A stretch of 64,000 nt of DNA from assembly GCA_023392635.1 (NCBI GenBank), contig JAEVYS010000108.1, forward strand, positions 5,871 through 69,870, in the 5' to 3' direction. Below, piece by piece: positions 63,610 through 64,000 of the stretch. Source of the stretch: Actinomycetes bacterium. Its GTDB lineage: Bacteria; Actinomycetota; Actinomycetes; Propionibacteriales; Propionibacteriaceae. The notes below the pieces were generated by a model that saw only the letters and a list, made by a program, of their open reading frames with translations, was not told the DNA's origin and did no database searches. How positions within the stretch are numbered: position 1 is the first letter of the stretch; each line of letters begins with the position of its first letter. The translations under genes were made by a program, and so were the position numbers.

Positions 63610-64000
63610 CCACCACAGCGCCGGCAGCCCCCGGCCAGCTCGGCGTCGCCGCGCGTCCGGCAGAGCTGATGGAGTACCTCCGCCGCCTGGACTCCTGGCT
63701 CGCCGAGCGCCGGGCCGAACTCGACTCGCTCGACGAGCAGATCGTCGGGGCGGGCCGCCAGGCCGAGCTCACCGGTGACATGGCCCTCGCGCTGGCGCTG
63801 TGGCAGGCCGCCAAGACCCGCCAGAACCTCCTGCTCGCGACCTGGGACTCCGGCCGGGTGGGCCCCCAGGAGCTCGACCGCCTCTCCGCCCTCATCTGGG
63901 GCCGCCTGGACACGGGCAGCAGCGAGGTCGCCCAGCTCCAGTCCATGTCCGTGTCGCTCCCGGAGGCCGGGCGGTTGTGCGACGCCCTGGTCGCCCAGCT
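63606..64000 (+). CDS. Hypothetical helical protein, truncated by the window end
   Basis: Not in the ORF track. ATGA overlap; MTTTAPAAPGQLGV...YLRRLDSWLAERRAELDSLD..., open to the end of the window. Confidence 0.75.
   Translation, partial: MTTTAPAAPGQLGVAARPAELMEYLRRLDSWLAERRAELDSLDEQIVGAGRQAELTGDMALALALWQAAKTRQNLLLATWDSGRVGPQELDRLSALIWGRLDTGSSEVAQLQSMSVSLPEAGRLCDALVAQ

Noticed and set aside
1..64000. CRISPR array or cas genes
   Set aside because: No regularly spaced repeats were seen; the RecB-type nuclease domains present belong to RecB, AdnA and AdnB, not Cas4.

Overview
This is a high-GC actinobacterial chromosome segment, most likely Propionibacteriales; that assignment is inferred from gene content such as a PPA1309-family gene. 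It is largely the conserved actinobacterial backbone. The left part carries pdtaS (partial), bL37, rshA/rsrA-sigH/sigR, SRAP, aroA-rsgA-hisN, a peptide ABC transporter and tRNA-fMet. The middle carries the UPF0182, PDZ-Lon, zincin and ABC1 kinase genes, then uvrD2, nudC and adnAB. Departures from the usual backbone are: (1) a 1121-aa beta-propeller/M6-type metalloprotease/CARDB-like protein after hisN; (2) a variable block after tRNA-fMet with helR plus a rifamycin-associated element and a SigK-like sigma/anti-sigma module with twin divergent promoters; (3) a full recCBD operon between uvrD2 and nudC-adnAB, with back-to-back PafBC-type (RecA-NDp) promoters; (4) no whiB7 at its usual position; (5) a frameshifted MFS gene; (6) a translationally coupled TelA / XpaC-like / CbbX-type AAA+ / GlnX-like operon that runs off the right end. 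The best novelty candidates are an unannotated, promoter-driven 71-nt rod-shaped RNA at 35169-35239, the TelA-AAA-GlnX-like operon, and the symmetric two-promoter geometry of the helR RAE. No CRISPR array, integrase or transposase was seen. All calls come from reading the sequence and recalling family motifs; no database searches or folding programs were run.
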